The notes under the pieces are model-generated. The model ran no database searches and was not told the DNA's origin. It saw nothing but the letters and a program-made list of their open reading frames with translations. A stretch of DNA of 64,000 nucleotides from Eledone cirrhosa (taxonomy: Eukaryota): contig OZ024741.1 in the NCBI GenBank assembly GCA_964016885.1, positions 129,332,001 through 129,396,000 of the forward strand, in the 5' to 3' direction. The translations under genes and the position numbers were made by a program. Positions 13,101 through 28,100 of this stretch are shown here, piece by piece (the stretch's first letter is position 1; the number at the start of each line of letters is the position of its first letter).

Positions 13101-16100
13101 AATGTGTAGGTGCCATGGTAAAAAGCACCCAGTACTCACTGAAAATGAGATTGGTGTTAGGAAGGGCATCCAGCTGTAGAAATCAAGCCAGAATCAGTTC
13201 TGTATGAGCAAGACATAGTCACCTGACCTGGCATTGCCCACAACAGAACAACTCGTCTAACCCATGCTAGTGAGGAAGAATGGACATAAAATGGTTATAG
13301 CGATGATGATGATGTGTGTTATTCATCATCATCATTACCACTTTATTTGTTCCACAATGACATGGTTTTGACAGGTTGTCCATATTCTAGGACTAAACAG
13401 GTGAAATGCTCATAAGTTCCAGTTTGGTATGATTCCTACAGCTAGATGCCCTTCCCAACACCAACCACTTTACTGAGTGTACTAAGTACATTTTATTGTG
13501 GAACCAGCACTGTTGTGTATCTCTATATATGTTATTATGTGTCTGTATGTGTTAGTGTATGGATGTTTATACCAGTGCATGTATGCCACTGAATGTCTAT
13601 GTTAGTATATGTTGTGTTAGTATCACCACCACCACTACAGTTGACTCTCTCCTCCCTCTTTTACAGACAACTATCACCACCTCCATTATCACTACCACTA
13701 CCACCACTACCCCTAGATATTAACCCTTCATTCAACTCTATGCTACTTCTTTTACAGACCACTACCACTATATTAACCCTTCATTCAAATCTCTGCTATT
13801 TACTTCTTTTACAGACTACTATCACCATCACTACATCTGATCCTTCCTTCAACTCTTTTCTACTTCTCTTATAGGCTTCCACTACTAACACTGCCACCAT
13901 CATCAAGTTAGATGCTAAAGAGAAAGAGAAGCTGTTATCTGCCTTCAAAAGTCAGTTGGAGAATATTCGCCAGTGTCTGGAGTCTGCTGGGATGACGTTC
14001 CAGGATTGTTTGAATAAAATCACCAGGTAAAACTACTTTTTTGGCTTTATTCAGTATAGTGTGTCTTTAGCTGAGAATTTTGGGATGGTTAATCTTAATT
14101 GATTCATCAGTTGACACAGGTATATCTCACACAATTTTAAACACAGACACACTTATATTATTGTTGCTCTCAAAAGACCAAGGATCTGCTCCATGATAAT
14201 TTTGTGTCAGCTGCTTATGGCAGAGCAGGGTCTGCTGTGACTGTACAGGCCTACACGGGAGTGGCAGTCCTGTATATAGTGACTGCAATTGAAGATGCTC
14301 TCTTCCAGTGTTCACCTTTTTTCAAGTGAGCTTTTTTTCAGAGGCAAGTTTCAGTTACTTTTCTCCTTGCTCCATCCCCTTGTGTCGTACTTGTCTCCAT
14401 CATGGATAATCATTAGTGACCTTCTCCCATCTCTGAATGTCCAGATCTATTGACTTCATATCTTTCCTGTAGTCATCTTTGAAAAGATGAGGTTGTCTTT
14501 GTGTTCTTATGCCAGTGGCCAGTTCCCCATACCATAGGTCGTTTGGGATCCTTCTATCCAGCATATGATGTTCATAACCGAACCAGTGCAGACAGCGTTG
14601 TTGGAATAGGGTGAATATGTTGGGTATCTTGGTGTGGTTGAAGAAGGGCCCAGTAGGGGAAGACCGAGATGGAAGTGGTGAGAGCTGACCTCAGATTGCT
14701 AAAGCTCACAGATGAGATAATAAAGGAATGCAACAAGTAGAGAGATGCTGTACTGATAAGGACCCATCAAACTCATGCAAGCGTGGAACAACAGGTGTAA
14801 AATGATGATGATGATGGTGTGTCTGTGTATTTGTATGTCTTCGTCATCATTTAATGCCTGTTTTCCTTGTCCGCAAGGATTAGACATGTCAACCAAGTCA
14901 GTTTCTCAGAGGGGCTACATCCCGCTTACATACATTCCTCCACTCTACAGAGTAGACTGGGTGCATTTTATTATGATACCAACACTAGGAAGGTCATCAT
15001 GTCTTTGACACAGTTGAAGAGTCCTTTGTGTCCTTTGTTTGACAAGTTTTCTATTGTTGGATGTCCTTCATATCACCAACCACTTTATTGATGGTACTGT
15101 GTGGGAATTATATGTAAAAACTGTTTGCTAAATAATTGTTTCTACTTTTGGCACAAGACCAGCAATTACCCCAGTGCATTACTGGTACTTTATTTTATCG
15201 ACCCCGTAAGGACAAAAGGTAAAGTTAACCTCGGCAGGATTTGAACTCAGACTGTAAAGGGATGCTCTATGCTGAAAAACATGGTGTCCAACCCTCTACC
15301 GATACTGCAATGCTCTAAACACACGGTTATTAATTAAGAATGTGTTTATCTTTCATCATTCTGAGGTGACCAGGTTCAGGAAAATAAAATACTAATCATA
15401 TCTAGATATATCTGTCATTTACAGAAACCAGTTATAAAGTTATGACACATGTTATATCATTGACAGAAATCATTTATAAAGTTATGATGCATCTTATGTC
15501 TTTTACAAAAGTCATTTATAAAGTTATGATGCATCTTATGTCTTTTACAAAAGTAATTTATAAAGTTATGATGTATCTTATGTCTTTTATAAAAATCAGT
15601 TATAAAGTTATGATGTTTCTGTGCCTTTTCTATGTGCAGCTATCTGAAGGTCCATCAGACAAGTCAAGCACCTCCAGATAGAGACAGCCTCAACATACTT
15701 TGTTCAATGACTGCATCAGTTGATGATATGCTTTCTGATCTGCGGGAGCTTCAAATCTCCCTAACCTTAGAGACTCAGGTAATTCCCTCCTTCCACACCA
15801 CTTTTCACACACACACACTCACAAATGCACAGTCTTATTTGATAGCTCTATCTTACAAAATTTGTTACTTCTATATCCTGCTATTGTGAAGGTGGGTAGC
15901 TTTGTGGATAGAGAGAAAGAAACAAGAAAGATATTTAGAAGAAGAATCAACTCCAGTACTAGGCTGTACTTTTTTTTATCGACCTTGAATGGATGAAAAG
16001 CAAAGTTGACCTCAGCAGGATTTGAACTGAGAGAGTATAGAGCTGGAATGAATATCACAAAGCATTCTATTCAACATTCTAATGACTCTGCCAATTCACC

Positions 16101-16131
16101 TCCTTACTCTCACATATACACACACACACAC

Positions 16132-16164
<33 letters not shown>

Positions 16165-19100
16165 AAATACACCCCACATACATGATCTTCACCCTTCAAC
16201 CAACCTGTGTGTCTATCTCTGTTACAACAGGAAGGTCCAGGCTACCCTCATCTAGCCGCCATGATTAATCAACGAACATTACAACACAACCGTGAGTTAC
16301 TCTGCAGCATCTTCAAGTTGAGTGAGGAGAAGTTAGTCCTGAAGGAGCAACTACTCGAGTGTGAGGAATGTATCCAGAACTACAAGACCAGGGATTACAT
16401 TCAACAGGTAAGTAAAAAACTGTTCATAAATGCAATAGGGTCGACAAGTAGTCAACTGTTCTTTGTTTAAAGTCTAAAGTCTGTCTTGTGTCTGGTGATT
16501 CATCAGGGCCAGTGCTTATCTCAGTTTCTCTGGTGTTAAGTGACTAAAAGTACAAATCTTGCTTCATTATTTGTTAACCCTATGTTTTCTTGGATCATTA
16601 CTTATTCCCCTAGTTAACCCTATGTTTTCTTGGTTCATTATTTGTTCCCCCTAGTTAACCCTGTTTTCTTGGATCATTATTTGTTCCCCTAGTTAGCCCT
16701 ATGTTAACTTGCTTCATTATTTGTTCCTTTAGTTAACCCTATATTTACTTGGTTCATTTCTTGTTCCCTTAGTTAACCTTCTGTTTACTTGGTTAACTGT
16801 GAAAGGCTTAATGGATAGGGTTGTTTGATTCACAATTGTATGGTCGTGAGTTCAGTTCCCAGCAGTATTGTGTCCTTGAGCAAGATATTTTATTTTGCAT
16901 TGCTCCAGTCCATTCAGCTGGACAAAATGGGCTGCACCTGTAATTCACTGTCACTCAGTCAAAGTTAACCTCAAAACACCCAGTTAACCTTACACCACCC
17001 AGTTAACCTCACATCACCCAGTTAACCACACATCACCCAGTTAACCTCACAACACCCAGTTAGCCTCACATCACCCAGTTAACCTCACAACACCCAGTTA
17101 GCCTCACATCAGCCAGTTAACCTCACATCACCCAGTTAACCTCACAGCACCCAGTTAACCTCACATCACCCAGTTAACCTCACATCACCCAGTTAACCTC
17201 ACATCACCCAGTTAACCTCACAACACCCAGTTAACCTCACAACACCCCGTTAACCTCACAACACCCCGTTAACCTCACAACACCCCGTTAGCCTCACAAC
17301 ACCCAGTTAGCCTCACAACACCCAGTTAGCCTCACAACACCCAGTTAGCCTCACATCACCCAGTTAACCTCACAACACAACACCCAGTTAGCCTCACAAC
17401 ACCCAGTTAGCCTCACATCACCCAGTTAACCTCACAACACCCAGTTAACCTCACAACACCCCGTTAACCTCACAACACCCCGTTAACCTCACAACACCCA
17501 GTTAGCCTCACGACACCCAGTTAGCCTCACAACACCCAGTTAGCCTCACAACACCCAGTTAGCCTCACAACACCCAGTTAGCCTCACAACACCCAGTTAG
17601 CCTCACAACACCCAGTTAGCCTCACAACACCCAGTTAGCCTCACAACACCCAGTTAGCCTCACATCACCCAGTTAACCTCACAACACCCAGTTAGCCTCA
17701 CAACACCCAGTTAGCCTCACAACACCCAGTTAACCTCACATCACCCCGTTAACCTCACAACACCCCGTTAACCTCACAACACCCCGTTAACCTCACAACA
17801 CCCCGTTAGCCTCACAACACCCAGTTAGCCTCACAACACCCAGTTAGCCTCACAACACCCAGTTAGCCTCACATCACCCAGTTAACCTCACAACACCCAG
17901 TTAGCCTCACAACACCCAGTTAACCTCACAACACCCAGTTAGCCTCACAACACCCAGTTAACCTCACAACACCCAGTTAACCTCACAACACCCAGTTAGC
18001 CTCACAACACCCAGTTAACCTCACAACACCCAGTTAGCCTCACATCACCCAGTTAACCTCACAACACCCAGTTAGCCTCACATCACCCAGTTAGCCTCAC
18101 ATCACCCAGTTAACCTCACAACACCCAGTTAGCCTCACAACACCCAGTTAACCTCACATCACCCCGTTAACCTCACAACACCCCGTTAGCCTCACAACAC
18201 CCCGTTAGCCTCACAACACCCAGTTAACCTCACAACACCCAGTTAGCCTCACAACACCCAGTTAGCCTCACATCACCCAGTTAACCTCACAACACCCAGT
18301 TAGCCTCACAACACCCAGTTAACCTCACAACACCCAGTTAGCCTCACAACACCCAGTTAACCTCACAACACCCAGTTAACCTCACATCACCCAGTTAACC
18401 TCACAACACCCAGTTAGCCTCACATCACCCAGTTAACCTCACAACACCCAGTTAGCCTCACAACACCCAGTTAACCTCACATCACCCAGTTAACCTCACA
18501 TCACCCAGTTAACCTCACAACACCCAGTTAACCTCACAACACCCAGTTAACCTCACAACACCCAGTTAACCTCACAACACCCCGTTAACCTCACAACACC
18601 CAGTTAACCTCACAACACCCAGTTAACCTCACAACACCCCGTTAACCTCACAACACCCCGTTAACCTCACAACACCCCGTTAACCTCACAACACCCAGTT
18701 AACCTCACAACACCCAGTTAACCTCACAACACCCAGTTAACCTCACAACACCCCGTTAACCTCACAACACCCCGTTAACCTCACAACACCCCGTTAACCT
18801 CACATCACCCAGTTAAATATTCATATCTTCTTATTCCTGTCTTTTTAAAGACACAAAATGCAGATGGTAGTGATATTACTTCATTGCTGGAAACTTCACT
18901 TTCGATGGAGAGGATCCGATGGAACCAGGAGCGAGCCACATATGAACTAGCACTGCAGAACTGTGAGAAGAAAATTGGGCAACTGCAGCAGAATCTGAGG
19001 ATTGAACGAAGCCAAGGTTTTGCCCTCAACAACAACACTACTACCAACAACATCATCACCAGCCCCAACAACAACAACAACATGCTGGTGCTTGAACCAG

Positions 19101-22100
19101 ATCTGGTATTTATTTCTATTTAATTACTATTTAGTTATTTCATTTTATTTTTTCTACTATTAAAAAGGTGTGTGGCTTAGTGTTAGAAAATTGGATTCGC
19201 AATTGTGAGGTTGCGAGTTCGGTTTTTGGACCAGGCAATGCATCATGTCCTTGAGCAAGACACTGCTCTATCTGACAGGAGTTGCGATTGGTGAATAGTA
19301 TCAGCAATGGAAAGACTAATGGAAACATTGTTTCCTTGGTCTGATTTAATGAGTTCCACCCTGATTCCTTTTTTTTTAAATTAAAAAGGGTTCTGAAGAT
19401 CCTTCAGTCATAACACAACAACCTCTTTAATGCTGGTGCCTCTAAAAATGCACCCAGTACAGTCTGTAAAGTGGTTGGGGATAGGAAGGGCATCCAGCTG
19501 TAGAAACCCTGCCTAAAAAGTACTGAGTTGACTCTTCAGTTGGGTCAAAGGCAAAATAACTGCTGTAGTGTTGGTGACATGATACAATATTTTGACTCTT
19601 TACTTTCCGAGTTCAAATCTTGCTGTGGCACACTTAGGTTGTAGATTTAATTCAACACCTGGTTTAACTCAACTACTTGACCCTTGGGTATCTTTAGCAG
19701 AGTCCCATCTGTTGCAGGTATTGCAACCATTTCTCTAGTTTGAGGATATCTTCTTCCTTCTTATCAGTCACAGAGGCCTTGAAAGGGGTCATGGGCACTG
19801 CCCTTTTCTTTTGACTAACTAATAAAAATGAATCACACACATATTAAGATATATATCAGATCAGGTGGGAAGAAATATTAGTTATGATAGACTGATATCC
19901 TATCCTAGGAGTGATGTATATATATACCCTCTTCACTCTACAAGTACCAGGGTTGATATAACATTTATGTATTGTTAATGTGTCAAATAGTTATCCCTTT
20001 CTCTTAATCAACCATATTTCCTTACACTTCCTCTTAACCCTCTTTTGGCATGGTTTTCCTCAGTTATCCCCTCCACCCACTCAGTTATTCCTATCACAGA
20101 ATATCACCCCTGTCATAGTGTCGTCCCTGTTACAGAATATCATCCCTGCCACCCATCATCATGTATCATGACACTTTTATTAGCTTCTCACCTAGTATGT
20201 TAGCCTCACCATCCAATATATTAGTCCCGTCATCCAATATATTAGTCCTGTCATCCAGTATGTTAACCCATCATCCAATATGTTTGCCCATCATCTAATA
20301 TGTTAGCCCCTTCATCCAATAAGTTAGCCCCTTCATCCAATAAGTTAGCCCCATCATCCAGTAAGTTAGCCCCATCATCCAGTAAGTTAGCCCCATCATC
20401 CAGTAAGTTAGCCCCATCATCCAATATGTTAGCCCATCATCCAGTATGTTAACCCCATCATCCAATATGTTAGCCCCCATCATCCAGTATGTTAGCCCCC
20501 ATCATCCAGTATGTTAGCCCCCATCATCCAGTATGTTTGCCCCCATCATCCAGTATGTTTGCCCCCATCATCCAGTATGTTTGCCCCCATCACCCAGTAT
20601 GTTTACCCCATCACCCAGTATGTTTACCCCATCACCCAATATGTTACCTCCATCGTGCAATATGCTACCCCCTTCTTAAATTTCTACTTCATTATGTTTC
20701 TGTTTTCAGGTCCAGAGTTTGTACAGGAAGTACATTCGTGCAGAGAGCTTCCGCAAGGCCCTGATCTACCAAAAGAACTACCTGTTGGTGCTGTTGGGTG
20801 GCTTCCAGGATAGCGAGCAGACCGTCCTTTCTCTGCTGGCTCGGATGAATGCAAGAATCAATGACAACAGCAGGCCAACAGATGACCCATACAACAGGGG
20901 CAAATCTAACCGATGTCGACCCCTGGCCAAGTTCCGAAGTGCAGCACGGGTCATCATAGCAATCTCTCGGTGAGTGCTACCTTCCACCACCTCACCCCAC
21001 CAACACCATACTTTCCACCCTCTTCCATCACCTCTCTATATACCAGTGTTCATTATAGTATATATTTTTTTTTCTTGAACGGGTTTTTTAAAATTATTAT
21101 TATAGATTTTATAGGTAGTCATGAGAGCAGAGAACAAAATACCTTTTCAATTTATAACTAATTAGCAACTAATTTATAGTCACTAAGTAATCAATTTATG
21201 GTTACTCAGTGACTAGATTATAACTAATTAGTAAACTAATTTGGGCAATTTGTGGTTAATTTAGGATTTATTTGTGGTCAATGGAAGAATATCTTGCTAT
21301 TTCCCTAGTGTTGGTGCCATACAACAATGTTTTCAGTACACTCTGTAACATGATAAAATACATTCTGTAAAGCGGTTGTTGTTAGGAAGGCCATCTGGCT
21401 GTAGAAACCACAGCAATATATGGAATGCATGCGAAAGATGTGATCTCAAGTCATCTAACCTTTGACCATGACCTGTCCAATACATGCCAGTGTGGGAAGT
21501 TTATGTATGACAATAATAATAATGATGATGATGATGATGGTTTTATCCAATTTCTTCACTGAGGCTGACATTTGCTTTTCCTCTTACCAGATATGTTAAA
21601 ATAAGTACCTGTAAAATACTGGGGTCAATTTAAATAATATTTTATTAACATGAAAGGCAGCAAATTGACAGAATTGTTAGGTCATTGGATTAAAAATGTC
21701 TTAGTTTGTGTTCTAGCTCACTGTAGTCTGAGTTCAGATCCTGCTAAAGTCAGCTTTGTTTTTCAATTTTTCCTCTATCTCTGTCTTTTTCTCCTTCTCT
21801 GGAATAACTTAGCTGTGTTCTGAACTAGAGAAAGGATGGGCTCCACCAAGTATAAAATGTCCTAGACACACTGTGTCTATCAGGAGTTAAGGGACTTATT
21901 TATGTGAGAAATCTTTACTACATTACTCACATTTTAGTTGAGATTCTGAGTTTACATCCTGCTGGTAGGGTCATCAACCTCTGATTCTCTCCTCATCAAG
22001 TTGATGAAACAGGAACCAGTATCATACTTGGGTTGATTTCATTTGGAAAAATTTACTTAGTAGGAAATTTGAGGTTTCTTCTGTCTTTTACCATTATCCC

Positions 22101-25100
22101 TGGAAAAATTTACTTAGTAGGAAATTTGGGGTTTCTTCTGTCTTTTACCATTTTCCCTGGAAAAATTTACTTAGTAGAATTCTGGTTTTTGCTAGTTTCC
22201 CTGGAAAAATTTACTTCGTAGGAAATTTTTAGGCTTCCTTTGTCTTCTGAAATTTATGCTCTTTTCTTACTTTTTCATTTTATGTGCTCCAGTATGAAGT
22301 ATTTAGTGAGAAAACTGCAGCAAGTGTGTGCTCTATCTTTGCGTGGAGTTCTTAACATCTCTCCACAACACCGAGGGAAAACCAAGCAAACTAGTAAGTT
22401 TATACAATGTATCATTCCTCTTTCTCAACATCCATGTCACCTGGTACATCTTTCCATATACTAGTACATAAAACCAAAAGATCTTTTAACATCCAGACTT
22501 TCTTTCTCCAGATTGTGCTCTATTTCTGGATCCTTACACCTCTTACTCTGATATCAGTATTCACCCCCTCTCCCTTCTACATATTGTCATGTTACCTTCT
22601 TTCTCCTCTCTTTCTCTCTATTTTGCATGCATGCATGCTTACTGATGCATAGTTCCACCGTCTCTCTTTCTTTCTCTCTCCGTTTCACACACACACACAC
22701 ACACACACACGCACAATATCTCACCATCTCTCCCTCTCACAGGCATACTCAATATCTCACCATCCCTCTCTCTTTCTCTTTTACACACACACACACACAC
22801 AATATCTCACCATCAATCTCTCTCTCTCACATACACTATCATCATCTGTGGCTCCTGTCACTCTCTCTCACACAATATCTCACCATCTTTCTCTCTCTCA
22901 ATATCTCACCTTCTTTCTCTCTCTCAATATCTCACCTTCTTTCTCTCTCTCAATATCTCACCATCTTTCTCTCACAATATCTCACCATCTTTCTCTCACA
23001 ATATCTCACCATCTTTCTCTCACAATATCTCACCATCTTTCTCTCACAATATCTCACCATCTTTCTCTCACAATATCTCACCATCTTTCTCTCTCAATAT
23101 CTCACCATCTTTCTCTCACAATATCTCACCATCTTTCTCTCACAATATCTCACCATCTTTCTCTCACAATATCTCACCATCTTTCTCTCACAATATCTCA
23201 CCATCTTTCTCTCTCAATATCTCACCATCTTTCTCTCACAATATCTCACCATCTTTCTCTCACAATATCTCACCATCTTTCTCTCTCACAATATCTCACC
23301 ATCTTTCTCTCTCACAATATCTCACCATCTTTCTCTCTCACAATATCTCACCATCTTTCTCTCTCACAATATCTCACCATCTTTCTCTCACAATATCTCA
23401 CCATCTTTCTCTCTCACAATATCTCACCATCTTTCTCTCTCACAATATCTCACCATCTTTCTCTCACAATATCTCACCATCTTTCTCTCTCTCAATATCT
23501 CACCATCTTTCTCTCACAATATCTCACCATCTTTCTCTCACAATATCTCACCATCTTTCTCTCACAATATCTCACCATCTTTCTCTCTCAATATCTCACC
23601 ATCTTTCTCTCTCACAATATCTCACCATCTTTCTCTCACAATATCTCACCATCTTTCTCTCTCACAATATCTCACCATCTTTCTCTCACAATATCTCACC
23701 ATCTTTCTCTCTCTCAATATCTCACCATCTTTCTCTCTCACAATATCTCACCATCTTTCTCTCTCACAATATCTCACCATCTTTCTCTCTCTCAATATCT
23801 CACCTTCTTTCTCTCTCACAATATCTCACCATCTTTCTCTCTCTCAATATCTCACCATCTTTCTCTCTCACAATATCTCACCTTCTTTCTCTCTCACAAT
23901 ATCTCACCATCTTTCTCTCTCACAATATCTCACCTTCTTTCTCTCTCACAATATCTCACCATCTTTCTCTCTCACAATATCTCACCATCTTTCTCTCTCA
24001 CAATATCTCACCATCTTTCTCTCTCACCATCTTTCTCTCACAATATCTCACCATCTTTCTCTCTCTCAATATCTCACCATCTTTCTCTCTCACAATATCT
24101 CACCATCTTTCTCTCACAATATCTCACCATCTTTCTCTCACAATATCTCACCATCTTTCTCTCTCTCAATATCTCACCTTCTTTCTCTCTCTCAATATCT
24201 CATCTTCTTTCTCTCTCTCAATATCTCACCATCTTTCTCTCTCTCAATATCTCACCATCTTTCTCTCACAATATCTCACCATCTTTCTCTCTCACAATAT
24301 CTCACCATCTTTCTCTCTCACAATATCTCACCATCTTTCTCTCTCACAATATCTCACCATCTTTCTCTCTCACAATATCTCACCATCTTTCTCTCTCTCA
24401 ATATCTCACCATCTTTCTCTCTCACAATATCTCACCATCTTTCTCTCTCACAATATCTCACCATCTTTCTCTCTCACAATATCTCACCATCTTTCTCTCT
24501 CACAATATCTCACCATCTTTCTCTCTCACCATCTTTCTCTCACAATATCTCACCATCTTTCTCTCTCTCAATATCTCACCATCTTTCTCTCTCACAATAT
24601 CTCACCATCTTTCTCTCACAATATCTCACCATCTTTCTCTCACAATATCTCACCATCTTTCTCTCTCTCAATATCTCACCTTCTTTCTCTCTCTCAATAT
24701 CTCACCTTCTTTCTCTCTCTCAATATCTCACCATCTTTCTCTCTCTCAATATCTCACCATCTTTCTCTCACAATATCTCACCATCTTTCTCTCTCACAAT
24801 ATCTCACCATCTTTCTCTCTCACAATATCTCACCATCTTTCTCTCTCTCAATATCTCACCATCTTTCTCTCTCACAATATCTCACCATCTTTCTCTCTCA
24901 CAATATCTCACCATCTTTCTCTCTCACAATATCTCACCATCTTTCTCTCTCCACAATATCTTACCATCTTTCTCTCTCACAATATCTCACCATCTTTCTC
25001 TCTCACAATATCTCACCATCTTTCTCTCTCACAATATCTCACCATCTTTCTCTCACAATATCTCACCATCTTTCTCTCTCAATATCTCACCATCTTTCTC

Positions 25101-28100
25101 TCTCACAATATCTCACCATCTTTCTCTCTCTCAATATCTCACCATCTTTCTCTCTCACAATATCTCACCATCTTTCTCTCTCTCAATATCTCACCATCTT
25201 TCTCTCTCTCAATATCTCACCATCTTTCTCTCTCTCAATATCTCACCATCTTTCTCTCACAATATCTCACCATCTTTCTCTCTCACAATATCTCACCTTC
25301 TTTCTCTCTCACAATATCTCACCTTCTTTCTCTCTCACAATATCTCACCTTCTTTCTCTCTCACAATATCTCACCATCTTTCTCTCTCACAATATCTCAC
25401 CATCTTTCTCTCTCACAATATCTCACCATCTTTCTCTCACAATATCTCACCATCTTTCTCTCACAATATCTCACCATCTTTCTCTCTCACAATATCTCAC
25501 CATCTTTCTCTCTCACAATATCTCACCATCTTTCTCTCTCACAATATCTCACCATCTTTCTCTCTCACAATATCTCACCACCTTTCTCTCTCACAATATC
25601 TCACCATCTTTCTCTCACAATATCTCACCATCTTTCTCTCTCATAATATCTCACCATCTTTCTCTCTCACAATATCTCACCACCTTTCTCTCTCACAATA
25701 TCTCACCATCTTTCTCTCTCACAATATCTCACCATCTTTCTCTCTCACAATATCTCACCATCTTTCTCTCTCACAATATCTCACCATCTTTCTCCTCACA
25801 ATATCTCACCATCTTTCTCTCTCACAATATCTCACCATCTTTCTCTCACAATATCTCACCATCTTTCTCTCTCACAATATCTCACCATCTTTCTCTCTCA
25901 CAATATCTCACCATCTTTCTCTCTCACAATATCTCACCATCTTTCTCTCTCACAATATCTCACCTTCTTTCTCTCTCACAATATCTCACCATCTTTCTCT
26001 CTCAATATCTCACCATCTTTCTCTCTCACAATATCTCACCATCTTCTCTCTCTCAATATCTCACCATCTTTCTCTCACAATATCTCACCATCTTTCTCTC
26101 TCACAATATCTCACCATCTTTCTCTCTCACAATATCTCACCATCTTTCTCTCTCACAATATCTCACCATCTTTCTCTCTCACAATATCTCACCATCTTTC
26201 TCTCTCACAATATCTCACCATCTTTCTCTCTCACAATATCTCACCATCTTTCTCTCTCACAATATCTCACCATCTTTCTCTCTCACAATATCTCACCACC
26301 TTTCTCTCTCACAATATCTCACCATCTTTCTCTCTCTCAATATCTCACCATCTTTCTCTCTCACAATATCTCACCACCTTTCTCTCTCACAATATCTCAC
26401 CATCTTTCTCTCTCTCAATATCTCACCATCTTTCTCTCTCACAATATCTCACCTCTTTCTCTCTCACAATATCTCACCATCTTTCTCTCTCACAATATCT
26501 CACCATCTTTCTCTCACAATATCTCACCATCTTTCTCCTCACAATATCTCACCATCTTTCTCTCTCACAATATCTCACCATCTTCTCTCTCAATATCTCA
26601 CCATCTTTCTCTCTCACAATATCTCACCATCTTCTCTCTCACATATCTCACCATCTTTCTCTCACAATATCTCACCATCTTTCTCTCTCACAATATCTCA
26701 CCATCTTTCTCTCTCACAATATCTCACCATCTTTCTCTCTCTCAATATCTCACCATCTTTCTCTCTCACAATATCTCACCATCTTTCTCTCTCACAATAT
26801 CTCACCATCTTTCTCTCTCACAATATCTCACCATCTTTCTCTCTCACAATATCTCACCATCTTTCTCTCTCACAATATCTCACCATCTTCTCTCTCACAA
26901 TATCTCACCATCTTTCTCTCTCACAATATCTCACCATCTTCTCTCTCACAATATCTCACCATCTTTCTCTCTCATATCTCACCATCTTTCTCTCTCACAA
27001 TATCTCACCATCTTTCTCTCTCTCAATATCTCACCATCTTTCTCTCTCACAATATCTCACCATCTTTCTCTCTCACAATATCTCACCATCTTTCTCTCTC
27101 ACAATATCTCACCATCTTCTCTCTCTCAATATCTCACCATCTTTCTCTCTCAATATCTCACCATCTTTCTCTCTCACAATATCTCACCATCTTTCTCTCT
27201 CACAATATCTCACCATCTTCTCTCTCACAATATCTCACCAACTTTCTCTCTCACAATATCTCACCATCTTTCTCTCTCACAATATCTCACCATCTTTCTC
27301 TCTCACAATATCTCACCATCTTTCTCTCACAATATCTCACCATCTTTCTCTCTCACAATATCTCACCATCTTTCTCTCTCACAATATCTCACCATCTTTC
27401 TCTCTCACAATATCTCACCATCTTTCTCTCTCACAATATCTCACCATCTTTCTCTCTCACAATATCTCACCATCTTTCTCTCACAATATCTCACCATCTT
27501 TCTCTCTCACAAATCTCACCATCTTCTCTCTCACAATATCTCACCATCTTTCTCTCTCACAATATCTCACCATCTTTCTCTCTCACAATATCTCACCATC
27601 TTTCTCTCTCACAATATCTCACCATCTTTCTCTCTCACAATATCTCACCATCTTTCTCTCTCACAATATCTCACCATCTTTCCTCTCACAATATCTCACC
27701 ATCTTTCTCTCTCACAATATCTCACCATCTTTCTCTCACAATATCTCACCATCTTTCTCTCTCACAATATCTCACCATCTTTCTCTCTCACAATATCTCA
27801 CCATCTTTCTCTCTCACAAATCTCACCATCTTTCTCTCTCACAATATCTCACCATCTTCTCTCTCACAATATCTCACCATCTTTCTCTCTCACAATATCT
27901 CACCATCTTCTCTCTCACAATATCTCACCATCTTTCTCTCACAATATCTCACCATCTTCTCTCTCACAATATCTCACCATCTTCTCTCTCACAATATCTC
28001 ACCATCTTTCTCTCACACAATATCTCACCAACTTTCTCTCTCACAATATCTCACCATCTTTCTCTCTCACAATATCTCACCATCTTCTCTCTCACAATAT

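Noticed and set aside
16962-18816. Telomere-like repeat (taacc/ttagg-like words)
   Set aside because: The unit is 19 bp, not tandem TTAGGG or TTAGG.
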